Shown here: in pieces, positions 40,870 through 54,575 of the stretch | Layout of the letters: each line of letters begins with the position of its first letter | Numbering within the stretch: position 1 is the first letter of the stretch | NCBI GenBank assembly: GCA_964016885.1 | Contig: OZ024740.1 | Span: forward strand, 287,866,001-287,930,000 | Origin: Eledone cirrhosa | Taxonomy: Eukaryota | Length of the DNA stretch: 64,000 nt | Direction: 5' to 3' | Notes under the pieces: model-generated | The model's database searches: none | Told to the model about the DNA's origin: nothing | What the model saw: the letters and a program-made list of their open reading frames with translations, nothing else | Position numbers and translations under genes: made by a program

Positions 40870-41878
40870 ACAGGAAGCTTAACTAAGAATGTAGGATTCA
40901 CATGTAGCAGCTGTGCTGGGGCAACAAGCAGCAAACAGCCACAGGAAACAAGTACCACCAAACTCTGGGAGGGCTCTTTAGAAACAGTAGACAGCTTCTG
41001 CTACCTAGGTGACCGAAATTAGCAGCGGAGGTGGGTGTTCGGAAAGTACAATAACTAGGGTAAGAACGGAATGGAAGAAGTTCAGGGAGCTACTGCCACT
41101 GTCAGCTGCAAAAGGCTTTTCCCTCAAAATGAAAGGCAGACTGTATGATCCGTGTATACGAACAGCAATGTTACATGGTAGTGAGACCTGGGCGCTATCT
41201 GTGGAAGACTTGCGTAGATTAGAAAGAAACGGAGCCTGCATGCTCCGATGTAATATACGCGAACAGCAAAGCATAAATGAATTGAGAGAGAGAGACTGAG
41301 CATAAGAGGAATCAAATGCTGTGTGCAGGAGAGGCGGTTGCGTTGGTATGGACATGTGATGCGTATGAAGGATGACACTTGCATAAAAAGGTGCAGAGCA
41401 CTAGAAGTTGATGGAAACCGCGGAGTGGGGAGACCCAAGAAGACCTGGGATGAAATGATAAAAGCCGACCATACCCAATTACACCTCTCAAAGGCGACGA
41501 CACACGACCGTGACCTCTAGCGTCACGCAGTAATACAGAAGACCCGACCCCCCACGGGTACAAGCCGAAGCTGAAGCATATAGACAATATGCCCCCACAC
41601 CCTCCCACTGCAAAGTGGTTGTGGAGGTGCCATGGCAAAAAATCACCCAGCCCACACTGTAAAGTGGACGTGTAGGTGCCACGGAAAAAAGTACCCAGCA
41701 TTCACTGTAAATGAGGTTGGTGTTAGGAAGGGCATCCAGCTGTAGAAATCAAGCCAGAATCAGTTCCTGTATGAGCAAGACAAGGTCAGCCGACCGGACA
41801 CTGCCCACAACAGGACAACCAGTCTAACCCATGATAGCGGGGAAGAACAGACGTAAAATGGTGATGATGATGATGATA
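40870..41878 (+). mobile_element. RTE LINE 3' portion with 3' UTR and (GAT)n tail
   Basis: WKKFRELLPL, MLHGSETW, RRLRWYGHV, GRPKKTW. Confidence 0.92.
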
Positions 41879-42287
41879 TAGTGTGTACTGGATAAACGAC
41901 ACGGTACATGCTGTAAAGTGGTTGGTGATAAGAAGGGCATCCAGCCACAGAACGTTTGCTAAACAAAGTGTCGGGAAGACCCTTCAGTTGTGTCAAGGAC
42001 ACAACAACCTCCCTAGTGTTGGTGATCTACATGATGACAATCTCCCCTGTGCATTCAGTAGAACATGAGACTGTACATAAGTGAGGCAACATATCCCTGG
42101 CTTGTCTGGGAGATCACTAGCCACTGCTTCAGTATTGACTTTGTCCAACCGGCTCTACATAGACCATAAATTGGACGTTAGAACAACGATGATGATGTTG
42201 ATGACACACACATATGTATACATAACACATTTCATTTTTTCTCAGAGATCAGTCTAGAGATTATATATATATATATATATATATATA

Positions 42288-45200
42288 ATGAAAAATTGAA
42301 CAGGGACAGAGCAGAGAGGCAGTACAATAAATGTTTATTAAATTCACGCTCAGGAGAGTGGGGGGTAGGTGGGGGACGACGTTTCGGGCATAAGCCCTTC
42401 TTCAGGTGAGAAGTGTGTGGGAACAGAGTTCAAAAGGTGTGTAGGGGAGTGGTGGAGAGACATATAGCGAAAGGAAACGGTGCGAATGAAAAATTAACAA
42501 ATAAAGACAAAAAATATAATAAATAAAAATAAAGCATGATCAAAATACAAGGAATGAGAAAATTTAAAAATAAAGGCATGATCAAAATAAACTGAAATTA
42601 AAAGGGGGGTAAACAGGCGGTGGAAGGGTGTGGGGTGAGTAGGGGTGGTGGCGGGTGGAGTGGGGAGAGGGAGACGGGGTGTCCGAGCGGGGAGGGCTGA
42701 AGGTGGTGTGTGTGGTTAGGTGTGCATGTGTGTGTGTGTGTGTGTATGTGAAAGTGAGGGTTGGGGGAAGAACGGGGTTGCATGTTCAGGAAGGTGTGTG
42801 TGTGTGTGGGGGGGGGGGGTCGGAGTGTCTGTGCGTGTGTGGATAGGGGGGGGAGGAATCAGGAGGCTGAGGGTGTAAATATGTGGTGGGAAGCACGTGT
42901 GTGTGGTTTAAGCGTGTTGTGGGTGTGGGTGGCGTGTGGATAAAAAATTTTTTTTTTGGGGTGTGTGTGTGGGTGAGTATATAGGTGATGGTGTAAGAGG
43001 ATGGTTGAAAAATTGGTAAGTTACATGGATGTTTGGAGATTTGGTTAGAAGTCAATTTCGCGTGTGGGTAATCCAAGAAGCGGTGGTCGGAAGAGGAGAG
43101 ATGTGGGGTGCGCGCGCAACAGGAAGTGGTCAGCAGTGGGAGTGCTGTGGTCAGTTGGTGCAGAGAGGTGGTCGGAAGGGCATAGCAGCAGTCGGCGGAA
43201 TGGTAGGGAGGCGAGGATGGGTAGGTGTGAGAGTTGGAGTGAGGAGGGTGTGTGTGTGTGTATTAGTAGGGGTGTTAGTGGGATGAGTGAGTGTGGAGCG
43301 GGGAGAGAATGGTGTGTGTGGTGTGTTGGTGTGTGTGTAGTTTGGTGAAGTTTGGTGAAGAGGTGTTAGTGGGTGTTAGTATACGGGAGGTGGGGAGGGG
43401 TGGAATGCAGGTGTGAGTGGGGCTTAGTGGTGGTAGGGTGTGTAGAGTTGGTGGTGTACGAGGGTGTGTGGGTACGTGTGCGTGGGGTTGGGGGGGTGTT
43501 AGTGATGTTAGTTGCGTGTGGGGTGGGTGGTGTAAGTGGGTGCGTGTGTGCGTGTGATAAGGAGGGGGGGAGGAGAAGAGGGGAGGGAAGGGATGTTAGT
43601 ATGTTAGTTGGGGAAGGGTGGTCAGATGAGGGGTGGAGTGGAGGTGTTAGTATTGTTAGTGTGGGGTGGGCGGTGAAAAGGAGGGGTGTGTTAGTGGTGT
43701 GAGTGGGGGATAAGTGTGGGGGGAGGGGGGCGGTCGAACGCTAAAGGAATAAGGGTGGGGAGTTCAGGCCGAGGGGAGTGTGGGTCTGTAAGATGAAGAT
43801 AGTACGTTGTTCGACCGTAAGGCGATGGGCGGGTGTTCCGTGGCACTGGAGTAGGCCACAGACTGTGAGATGGCGTGCGGAGTGTCCAGGGCCACCAAAG
43901 TGGCGGGCGATGGGGGAACTGCCCCCGAGACGAATGTCCCGGAGGTGCTCCGTGACTCAGTCCGCCAGGCGACGTCCCGTCTGTCCGACATAAGTCGCGC
44001 TGCACTCCGTGCAACGAAGTCCGTAGACTAGGTTGGAGCAGGTGCAGCGGAAGGCATGCCGGACCGAGAGAGGGTGGCCGTTGGGACCCTGGAAGGTGGT
44101 GGTGTTGGTGATGTGGGGACAGGTGTTGCAGCGGGGCCTAGAACAGGGGAAGGAAGCGGGGGGGGGGACGGAGCGTGGGTTGGGGGGTAGGGAGCTGTGG
44201 ACGAGGAGGGTGCGGAGATTGCGTGCGCGTTTGAAGGAGGGGAGTGGTGGGGTTGGGAAGATGTGGGAGGTGGAGGGGTCGGACTGGAGGCGTCGGAAGA
44301 GGCGGCGGATGGTGCGGTGGAGGGGTGGTAGGTGATGGGGAAGGGGAGACGGTGGGTGGGTGTGCGGTGGCGTGGGGTGAGGGTGGTGGAGCGGGGGATA
44401 GCACGGGCGCGGGTGAGAGCGGTGTGGACGAGAGAGGGGGGTAACTTCTGCAGATGAAATGGCTGACTAGGGAAAGGGCCTGGGACTCGAAGTCAGCATC
44501 ACGGCTACAGAGGCGGCGGATCCTGAGAAGTTGGGAGTAGGGAATGGAGAGTTTAGTGTGGGTGGGGTGGGAAGAGGTGAAGTCGAGGTAAGAGTGGGAG
44601 TCGGTGGGTTTGAAGAAGGCGGAGGTGACGAGGGAGTGGTGGGAGGGGTCGAAGGCGACGGAGATGTCTAAGAAGTGGACGTGGGTGGTGGAGATAGAGG
44701 TGGTGAAGTGGAGAGAGGGGTGGAAGGAGCAGGAGAAGGAGAGAAAGGAGTCGAGCTGTACTCGGGTGAGGGTCATGGCTCTGATACAGTCGTCAATGTA
44801 ACGACCGTACAGTTCGGGCGTGGGGCCGGTGTACTGGGCAAAGATTTGAGCCTCAACATGGCCAACAAAAAGGTTGGCATAGTTCGGGCCCATTCTTGTA
44901 CCCATGGCTACCCCCGTGACCTGTTGGTAAAACTCACCCGAGAAGGAGAAACAGTTTAGGGTGAGGACCAGCTCGGCGAGGCGAAGGAGGGTGGGGGTGG
45001 AGGGAATGGGGGAGGGGCGAAGGTCGAGGTAGTGCTTGAGGGCACGTAGGCCGTCGGCGTGGGGGATGACGGTATAGAGGGACTTGATGTCTAGGGTGAA
45101 GAGGAATGGCTGAGGGCCGGGTGGGAAGGTGAAGGAGTCGAAAAGGCGCAGGGCGTGGTTGGTGTCGGAGATGTGGGAGGGGAGGGTGGTGACAAGGGGG

Positions 45201-45382
45201 GCGAGGAGGGAGTCGAGAAAGGCGGAGATGAGTTCGGTGGGGCAGTTGCAAGCGGAGACGATGGGGCGGCCGGGGTTGTCGGGTTTGTGGAGTTTGGGGA
45301 GGAAGTAGATGGTGGGGGTGCGGGGGGTGCGGACGATGAGGTGGGAAGCGGTGGGGGGGAGGAGGGAGGAGGCGATAAGGTC
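42288..45382 (-). mobile_element. Penelope-like element (Neptune-type), 5'-truncated pseudogene: RT + Cys-rich linker + GIY-YIG endonuclease + 3' UTR with hammerhead
   Basis: YFLPKLHK..PGRPIVS, GVAMG, YGRYIDD; then CSRPRCNTC, NLVYGLRCTECSATYVGQTGRRLAD*VTEH...PLGLN, stop at 43741; frameshift near 44440; premature TGA at 43957-43959; (TA)n on both sides. Confidence 0.95.
42375..42405 (-). ncRNA. Minimal hammerhead core in the Penelope-like element 3' UTR
   Basis: CTGAAGA-A-GGGC TTAT GCCC-GAAA-CGTCG-TC, followed by AATAAA (42334-42339, minus); stem I not clearly paired. Confidence 0.7.
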
Positions 45383-45692
45383 ATATATATATATGAAACA
45401 ACACATCAATTCTCAGACCGGGTGATGTGTTGTTTCCTTGAACAAGACACTTTATTTCACATTGCTCCAGTTTACTCAGCTGTAGAAATGAGATGATAGG
45501 GACTGGGGTCCCTATCATTCCACTGCAAAATGGTTGTGTAGGTGCCACGGCAAAAAAGCACCCAGCACTCACTATAAATGAGGTTGGTGTTAGGAAGGGC
45601 ATCCAGCTGTAGAAATCAAGCCAGCATCAGTTCCCGTCCCACCCTTGCAAGCAGGGAAAAAGCGGACGTAAAATGAAATGATGATGAAATGA

Positions 45693-45740
<48 letters not shown>

Positions 45741-47513
45741 ATAATAATAAATTTGAAGACTAAAATCCAAAGAGGGCTCGATAAGGATAAATATATATAA
45801 AATATATAAGAACTGTAGAGCAGGGAAAAGCGGACGTAAAATGATGATGATGATATATATAGTGTGTGGTATAACACTGGGAGATTATATCCGTAGTATG
45901 TAGAGCATCAGTCCATGGAACGAGTTTGGTAGAAGTTAATTCCACAACAGTTAATAAACTATTTTCAAGTTGAAAATTCACAAGGTGAAATACGTGCTCT
46001 TGAAAATGGTTTATTAACTGTTGTGGAACTAACTTCTATATATATATATAGTTTTTTTTCTACTGAATATATATAGATATATATTCAGTAGGAAAATATG
46101 CCACATGTATTGATATATATATATTTATTTTCTAACAAACTTTCAAATATAATAGAATGCCAAAAGGTGGGAAGGAAAAGGGTGAGAGATTCTGATAATT
46201 TTTAGGAGAGAGAGAAAGAGTGCACACATAAAAGAGAGAAAAAGAATGGAGGATGAAAATTATATTGTGTATTTATGTGTGTGAGTGTCTATAGAAGTGT
46301 ATGTGTATGTATACATTTACATGTAAATATATTTGTGTACATTTACATGTGTATCCATGTGCATGTGTGTATACATGTATGTAAGATTGTTATTACCATG
46401 AGAAAAGCACTCAGTCCACTGTGTCAGGTAGTAGATGTGGTACCATGAGAAAATGAATCCATTATATTCTGTGAAGTGGTTGGAATTAGGAAGAGACTCC
46501 AGCTGTAGAAACCATGTCAAGATGGAATATATGGGTAAGACACAGTTACTTCACTAGTCTCACCTCAGTATTTGACAAGCTGTCTAACCAATGTAAGCTT
46601 GGAAAATGGACATAAAACAGTGATGATGATGATAATTCATGTGCCTTTGACTTGCTGAAAAGTTAATTCCTCTGGTTAGGATCACCAGAGAACATAACGG
46701 AAGGTTAATTGTTCATTAGTTGGTGAAATCAATAGCTGTCACTATTTAGTTGGTAATCAAAATAAATTTCCCCTGTCCAGTAAAATAGGGTGCAACCAAA
46801 TCATGGTCTAGCTCAGTTTATAATGAAATCAAATCTTTTTTTTTTGTTTTTAGCTCACACCTATGCAGGTTTAGCTGACCTCCTACATGGTTGCATCTCA
46901 TAGGAAATTTCTAGAATGTTGTAATGATAGGGGTCCCATTCACGTTATGAAAAGCAATGTTAAATGAAGTGTTTTACTTAAGAACACAACATGCTGCCTG
47001 ATCCACGAATTAAAACCATGACCTTATGACCATGAGTCTAAAACCCCAGCAACCAGGTCACATTCCTTCATTATAGTTGATAGAACACTGACAATGAAAC
47101 ATTAAACATATTCACTTCAACATGAGATAATTGCTATAAGTGGATATCAGACTATAAGGCGGCGTCATTAGAACATCGGATAGAGAACTTTGTAGTATTC
47201 GGTTCAGCTCTCTGCTCTCGGAGTTCAAATCCCACTGAGGTCAATTTTGCCTTTCATCCTTTTGAAGTCAATAAAAAAGTATCAGTCTAGTACTGGGTTC
47301 GATTCTTCCTCTATATCTTCTTCCTACTTCCTCTCTCTCACTTTCTATCTTTCTCTGGAAGAAATCTGCTGTACTCAGGCCTGGAGAGGGATGGGCTCTG
47401 CCAGGTTTAAAATGCCCAAGAAACACTGTATGCCAATGCAGCATTCCTACAACCCCATCAGGAGTTATGGGACCATACTATGTGTATATCAAACTACATC
47501 ATTTTTATTTCAG

Positions 47514-47629
47514 TCCACTAAGGACCGTACATTGGATCAACAATGCACAGTTTCCCGGCCTGGAATGTCCATGATAGCTGCCGGTATGGCTGTTGAGTTG
47601 ATGGTCTCCATTTTGCAACATCCCCTCAA
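47514..47629 (+). CDS. ATG7: ATG7 exon m with catalytic Cys ([17 protein letters not shown]...LQHPL)
   Basis: tttcag / gtaaga; catalytic TGC at 47544-47546. Confidence 0.97.
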
Positions 47630-48258
47630 GTAAGAAAATATATTCTGCTTTGACAACAACTTTTTATCTTAATTGATGTTTAATTTATGGTTTCTTCTTC
47701 TGTTTCATTATAGGATATCAGTAAAGTTCCATAATCCTTCTTGTTAACTAAGAAATTTTACTTTGCTGGGCCTCTTGATTCTAGCTAGGCTCTGCTTTCA
47801 CTTTTTGAACATTTCATTAAATTTTCTAACCAATTCAGCTATGTTAACTTGGCCATTGACAATCAATGGCTCCCACACAACCAGTCTTGAAATCCTCTGA
47901 GAATTTTAGTAAACTGGAGGCGACTGAGAACCAATCCTTAAAAGACTCTAACTCCATGTTAAATTCCTTGTCAAATTTGTTGTTAACCCTTACCTTATAT
48001 ATGGGTTTCACAGCTCTTGCAAGCTAATCATCTACACCCAATTTGTTCTTAGACCATCTAACTACAAAGTGCAATACTCTGTCATATAATGAGAAATACA
48101 GAAGTTTGAGATAGATATTATGTGGGATATGAAAGTATAATGAGGGATATAATGGCATAATGTGGGATGTAGAGATATACTGTAGGATATATTGATATAA
48201 ATTTATATTTGGAATATAGAGATATATCTATACATTTTTTTAATATATATATGAACAG

Positions 48259-48340
48259 ACTAAATGCACCAGCTTGTACAAATACTGACTCTGATTTCCA
48301 AGGTGACTCTGAATCCTGTCTTGGGTTGGTCCCTCATCAG
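48259..48340 (+). CDS. ATG7: ATG7 exon n (LNAPACTNTDSDFQGDSESCLGLVPHQ)
   Basis: gaacag / gtgagc; LGLVPHQ motif; phase 2-0. Confidence 0.9.
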
Positions 48341-49459
48341 GTGAGCATTAAGGTTGTTTCTTTTATATAAGCACATATCCTTTATTTATCAGTACATATC
48401 TTCCAGCTCCTCTCTTTCACATTCACACTATACACATATGAATACAAATTTACAAATACCTAATCTATATGGTCTGACATACCTTACCATACCCCACCCC
48501 AGACACTTTAGATAATGTAATCCTAGATACATTGTCTGAAAAAACTGAAACTGGATAGTCATGGCTGGAGTGCCTTTGATGAAGGATCTGTTGTACCAGG
48601 ATAACATGGGTTTAAACAACATGTATCAATCTATTTCTGTTTTCTAATACTTTTAATTTTATGCTGTTTGGATGTAAAGCGAAGCTTAACATTTATGAAT
48701 ACACACTCACATGACTATATCTGTATATTGACATGCATACATATTTACATCTCTAAATGTTTTGCTACTGCACTCATCATTTTCTGTTTAAACATATACA
48801 GTGATACCTTGCAGTCTGAGCTTAATTTGTTCCATCACCGAGCTCGTTTTATGATTTACTCATTTTACAAATCAATTTTCCCTATTGAAATTAATTAAAA
48901 TGTAAATAATCCGTTCCAGCCCCTCAAAACCACCCCCAAAATCATTTTTGATGGGTTTTAAAATAGAAAAGGTGCAGTTATTATAAAATAATAGCAAAAA
49001 AACGCACAAAACTAAAAAAAAAAACTCTGGGAAAACAGAATAGGGATGCTGCCGCAACAAGATAAACATGTTAGCTGAGCGAGCGGAGGCTGGGCTTGTT
49101 GGGAGAGCATCTGTGAGCTCAGTGCCGACTAGCGGTGACTTGTATGAAACTTGCTCGTACTGCGGATTTGATTTCCACTCGTACAAGACAAAAATGTGTA
49201 CGAGCCTCGTTTTGTACAGCAAATTACTCATACCATGGGGCACTCGTACTGCGAGGTTCTACTGAACATACATATTTACAAATAAACATATTTGTGTCTA
49301 CTTACACACTCATTATGGATACACATACTTCATAAACATTACAACAATCTATGTAATATATCTACAATTAGAAACTTCACAACTACTAAACATATTACAA
49401 AAATGTAAACCTGAGCAAATAAGAAAACTTCTACATGATAGCTTGAGCTGCTAGAGAGG

Positions 49460-50655
49460 TACAAGCTCTGACAAAAAAGTATACGACCTTAGGCTGGGGA
49501 AAATATTGCATATTTGCTGGGGTTCAGTTGCTAATTCCCTTCAAAGTAGGCCCCTTGTACTTCCATACATTTATCCCAGCAATCCTTTCACTTTTTGAGA
49601 AGTGCTTTTTTAGCCATAGCTCTCAGTTCCACTGTCATAGTTGGCATGATATCCTCTTAGCTCTCAAGGCCTTTCAGTAATAGCTTCATTTTTGGGAAAA
49701 ATCAAAAGTCAGAAAGCTGTGACAAATAATGTCATGATGCAGCTGCCAGTTTTGAGAGGTCCATAGACCTAGTCTGTTGCACTGAACTGCATCCTGAAGA
49801 CATCAGATTTCTTGATAGTTCTCTTTGGAATTGTTTGTCCTTCTGGTGTATAATGATAATACACAAAGCCTTGGTAGTCAAAGAAAACTCTTAGCATTGC
49901 CTTGATTTTTCTCCACACCTGATGTGCATTTTTGGGCCTTGGTTATGTTACATGCTTTCACTGTGATGACTAGGATTTGGTTTCTGGGTCATACTCATGT
50001 AGCCATATCTTATCTATAGTTATCTTGATATTCAGGAACTTGGGTTCCTTGTTGGTAATATCCAGCAAGTCCTGCACAATCTCAAGATCAAGTTGAGCAC
50101 AAATTTCGATGCCATTCTGTGCATGCTCAACTCCTTTAAAATTGTATGTACAGAATCTTTACTGATCCCAAACTTGTCACCAATTTCCTATTCCGTCAAA
50201 TGACCATTATCAAGGTCCACAGTTACTTGATAACAACTGCATTGTGGTTTTTTTTATGGCTTACTGGAATACTTGTTATTCTCCATTGATGTGTGGCCAT
50301 CTTTAAATGTGTTGTATCAATGTTTTATTTGGGAAACAGTCATAGCACTGTCACCAAAAGTCTATTAAATTTTGTGAATTGTTTCCATTTGGGTATTTTC
50401 AAGCTTTTGGCAAAACTTGATGCAAGATCACTGCTCCACATATTCTGTAATCATGGGCAAAATGAAAATGTAAAAAGTAGTATGCCACCTCACATGTTTG
50501 CTGTTTGATAGTGACTGAGGCATCAGGGGAGCTTACTGAAAACCATGCATACACCTGAATGTATGTGACTTCACTCTGAAGACTTTTTGTCTTTTTAATG
50601 TCATTACTTCCCATGGGAAAAAATAAAATCAGATACTTTTTTGACAGACCTCATA
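49460..50655 (-). mobile_element. Mariner transposon relic (~1.2 kb) with TIRs
   Basis: TIRs tacaagctctgacaaaaaagtat / atactttttttgacagacctcata; decayed transposase WLHEYDPETK, PRPK, VFFDYQG, WQLHHD. Confidence 0.88.
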
Positions 50656-50791
50656 TAGCAGTCAAATTTTGTTTATATTATACCTAGCCATCTTAAAAAA
50701 ATGAAAAAGGACAAATTAAATAACATTTTAACATACAGTGTCTGATAAAAATTAGGATGGTCATGGTTGGTAGGTTTTTGATCATAAATCT

Positions 50792-51143
50792 ATGGTAAAT
50801 TTATAGAACAAGCCCCTCAATTTCAGTGGGAAAAACTTTTTTCCCACTGAAAAAAATCGAGGAAAGATAATTATTTCCAACCAAATGCTAGAGGTGTGTA
50901 GATCTGTGAAACTCTGATGGTCTTTTTGCCCCCTTTCATTCACCTTATTTTACAAATCTGGTTGTTTCCGACTGGTTTGGATGTCATATTCGTTGAAAAC
51001 ACATGGAAAAAAAATTGTAGAGAAAAAAGAGAAATAAGTTGATTGCGAGCATCTTGGATATTAGATTAGTTGATAGCACCGAAAAACCTAGGAAAAAAAT
51101 TTTTCCTACTGAAATCGAGGGGGTTATTCTATAATAATACCAT
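50792..51143. mobile_element. MITE-like element with ~50-bp imperfect terminal inverted repeats
   Basis: atggtaaatttatagaacaagcccctcaatttcagtggga ... tcctactgaaatcgagggggttattctataataataccat. Confidence 0.7.
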
Positions 51144-51381
51144 GTCTACTTGATCATAAATCTACCTGAGACTAAACAACAACAGTTATACATACGTCAT
51201 CACACATACATGCACATTGCAGGAGTTTATATACACACACATACAATGTGTGAACAAACATTACACATACACACATACAATATGTGTAAACAAACATCAC
51301 ACAGGCACATATACATTTCAATATACACATACATGATCCCTTGATTATTAAAGCTATCTATTTGACTTGCTTGATCCACAG

Positions 51382-51462
51382 ATTCGAGGGTTTCTTTCTC
51401 ACTACCATATTGTGCTTCCAACTGCCAGGGCATTTAAAAAATGTCCAGCTTGCTCAGATACA
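51382..51462 (+). CDS. ATG7: ATG7 exon o (IRGFLSHYHIVLPTARAFKKCPACSDT)
   Basis: ccacag / gtaagt; IRGFL and second Zn-binding CxxC. Confidence 0.95.
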
Positions 51463-51834
51463 GTAAGTTCTTTTGACCATTTGCATGTCTTTTTTTAAAT
51501 ACTTTAATTATTATTATTTTTTTTTCCTGTATTCAAATCACGCCAAGGGTAACTATTTTTATTTATTTTTCATTTCTGATGCGTTATCCATAAAACATCA
51601 GTGATATACTGGGCTTGGTTTTCATTATTTCACTGTTATGCATTCATTTCCCCCTCCATAGTATGGCTGGGATGGTTTCTAGTGAAGTGTTTGTTTCTGT
51701 CACAGGATGTCATTTCTAATGCTAATTGTCCACTCATTTATTAAGTAGAATAGAAATGGAACTTGTTTATCAGCCAGGCAGAATACTGTAGCCATCATGT
51801 AGTAAGGTTTAGTAGTACAGTCATTGTGGGTCTC

Positions 51835-52063
51835 TTAACCCTTTAGCATTTACATTACTCTATATATACTATTGTATTTTTGTGGTAAAGACTTTATCTC
51901 ACATAATTATATCATATAATATCAAATCTATGAGATTTTGATATTATTTATTTTGAGAACAATACCATGACATAAGTATGAGTGACTGTTTACGGCTGGT
52001 TTTAATGGAAAGAGGTGAGAGAATTCTGGTTGGATACAGCCGGTTTAAATGCTAAAGGGTTAA
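51835..52063. mobile_element. piggyBac-type MITE copy 4 (opposite orientation)
   Basis: TTAACCCTTTAGCATTTA ... TAAATGCTAAAGGGTTAA. Confidence 0.87.
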
Positions 52064-52117
52064 GTTGTCAACAATTATCTCTTCATCTTTGTTGTCAGGA
52101 ATTATTGTCATTGATGT

Positions 52118-52259
52118 CATCATTATTGTCACAACAAATAAAGAAACCATCATTACTGTCACAACAAATAAAGAAACCATCATTACTGTCACAACAAATA
52201 AAGAAACCATCATTACTGTCACAACAAATAAAGAAACCATCATTACTGTCACAACAAAC
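52118..52259. repeat. 30-bp minisatellite CATCATTACTGTCACAACAAATAAAGAAAC, ~4.7 copies
   Basis: Visible tandem units. Confidence 0.95.
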
Positions 52260-52663
52260 AATAAACATTTTAAGACTGTTTTCACTAAAACAGGGATTAT
52301 CTTTGCAGGCCCCATGACAGAGTTCATGCTCATTATGGGATTTTTTTGAAGCAATATTTTATGGTAGGATGCTTTTCCTGGTGGAATGCTTTTAGTTGCC
52401 TTTTATGGCATGTAAGAATATAGTGAATCTATTTTAAACCAGATATACACAGATAGCATCATCATAATCAATTGCGATTATCATTGTCATCATCAATATC
52501 AGTTATTGCCATTATCATCATTATCATTGCCATCATTATTTGATAGATTTAAAATAGAAATAGAGGATGTGATGGGGGTAGGGGTATGACAATAATACTC
52601 CTACTAATAATTGTTTCTAATTTTAGACACAAGGCCAACAATTTGTGGAGCAGGACAAGTCCA

Positions 52664-52878
52664 TTAACCCTTTAGCATTTAAACCGGCCATATCCGGCCA
52701 GAAATCTCTCACCTCTATTTGTTCAAACCGGCTGTAACTGGCTGCTCATACTTATGTTAAGCTATTGTTCTCAAAATAAATAATATCAAAACTCATAGAT
52801 TCAATATTATGTGAGATAAAGTGTTTACCATGAAAATGCAATAGTATATATAGAGTAATATAAATGCTAAAGGGTTAA
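52664..52878. mobile_element. piggyBac-type MITE copy 5, nested in a minus-strand SINE (52610-53035)
   Basis: TTAA duplication; SINE sequence resumes on the other side. Confidence 0.87.
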
Positions 52879-53362
52879 ATTGACACCGGTGCTTGACTAG
52901 TACTTTATTTTATCAACTCCAGAAAGATGAAAGACAAAGTTGCTGTTGGTGGGATTTGAACTCAGAAAGTAAAGAACTGAAACAAATACTGCTAAGCATT
53001 TGTCCAACACTTTAACAATATTGCCAACCCACTGCTATCTAATACTCCTACTATTAATAATTGTTTCTACTTTTGGCTCAAGGCCAGCAATTATCCCAGT
53101 GTATTACTGGTACTTTATTTTATTGACTACTAATAATAATGTTGGTGGTGAGGGTGGTGTTGGAAGTAATGACACCTTTCATGGTCTCTTTGAACTATTT
53201 CCCACAAACTCAGGGTAGCTAGTCTCTTCTCTGCATTCCATTCCACACCTATTTAATAGAGGAGGTGACAGTTTATAAGAGCCAAACACATTAAGAGGAA
53301 CCCAGTTGACACTACACATACTTGCTCTTGCTTACTCTCTCATTCTTTATCTTTCTCACTAG

Positions 53363-53482
53363 GTGATCAAAAGCTATCAAACAGAAGGGTTTGACTTCCT
53401 ATATATGGCCTTTAATGTTCCTTCTTACCTTGAAGATCTCACTGGACTAACTCAGATGCAAATGGAATCCATTGATGCTGAT
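53363..53482 (+). CDS. ATG7: ATG7 exon p (VIKSYQTEGFDFL...YLEDLTGLTQMQMESIDAD)
   Basis: cactag / gtaagt; LEDLTGL motif. Confidence 0.95.
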
Positions 53483-53869
53483 GTAAGTATAACATTTCTC
53501 CCATGTATACTCCATATTTCATCTTTTGAAATCAAAACAATGTTTGTAGAGCTATATACAACCATCTAGCCATCTGGCCAATGGAACAAATAGTGATGTT
53601 CATCATCTATATAATAATAGCTTTGGCTTTATTATATAGAAACTAATAATATCACAGCTGCAGCTTTATAATGTCTGTCTTTCCCATTTGGTTGTTGTGG
53701 TCTGATTACATATGCCAAGTCTGGGGAGATGGGTGGTCCATGTTTGATTTACCGAATTTGAGTGTGAGTACGATTTGATTTGGCAGGAGTAATGGGTACA
53801 GGTTGGTGTTTGGTTTAGAGGCTTTGCTGACTGTGGACTGATTGGAGCAATAATGGTCTTATTTACATA

Positions 53870-54575
53870 TATTGCAAAGCATAAATGAACTAAGTGAGAA
53901 ATTAGGAATAAGAGGGATCAGATGATGTTTACTTGAGAGAAGACTACGTTGGTATGGCCACGTGATGCGCATGAAAGATGACAGCTGTATAAAAAAGTGC
54001 AGGGCGATCAAAATTGATGGAAGTTACGGAGTAGGTACACCCAGAAAAACCTGGGACGATTTGATAAATTCCGACCTTACACACTTGCACCTCTCTAAGA
54101 CAATGTCACTGGTCTGAGATCTTTGGTGCTACGCAGTAATACAGAAGACCCGCCTTGCCTATGTACAAAGTGAAACCTACAGTCAGTAGGCACCTCTTAA
54201 CCAAATATACACCCCAATCCACTACCCCTACCCTATCCTCCCATTAACACCACCCTCTCTCTGTAAAGTTGGTACCACAACATCCAGTCCAAATAAATGA
54301 GATAATGAGATTGAGATCGTGTAGGTGTCACAACAAAACAACACACAGTACACGCTGTAATGTGGCCGTGAAGGTAACACGGTAAACAGTTCCCAGTTCC
54401 ACACTGTAAATGTGGTTGGTGTTAGGAAGGGCATCCAGCTGTAGAAAACCTGCCAGATAGTCCTATATGAGCGAGACACAGTCACCCGACCAACCTTGCC
54501 TCAAGTGGGACAACTCCCGTCTAACCCATGCTAGCGTGGAAGATGGACGTTAAACAAAGATGATGATGATGATGA
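53870..54575 (+). mobile_element. RTE LINE 3' end with long 3' UTR and (GAT)n tail
   Basis: RRLRWYGHVMRMKDDSCIKKC; inverted counterpart of 16585-17172. Confidence 0.9.

Noticed and set aside
42598-45496. Gly/Val-rich plus-strand ORFs and Pro-rich alternative-frame ORFs
   Set aside because: Antisense or off-frame readings of the C-rich Penelope-like element
52015-52354. ORFs with a 10-aa repeat
   Set aside because: Derived from the 30-bp minisatellite and adjacent MITE
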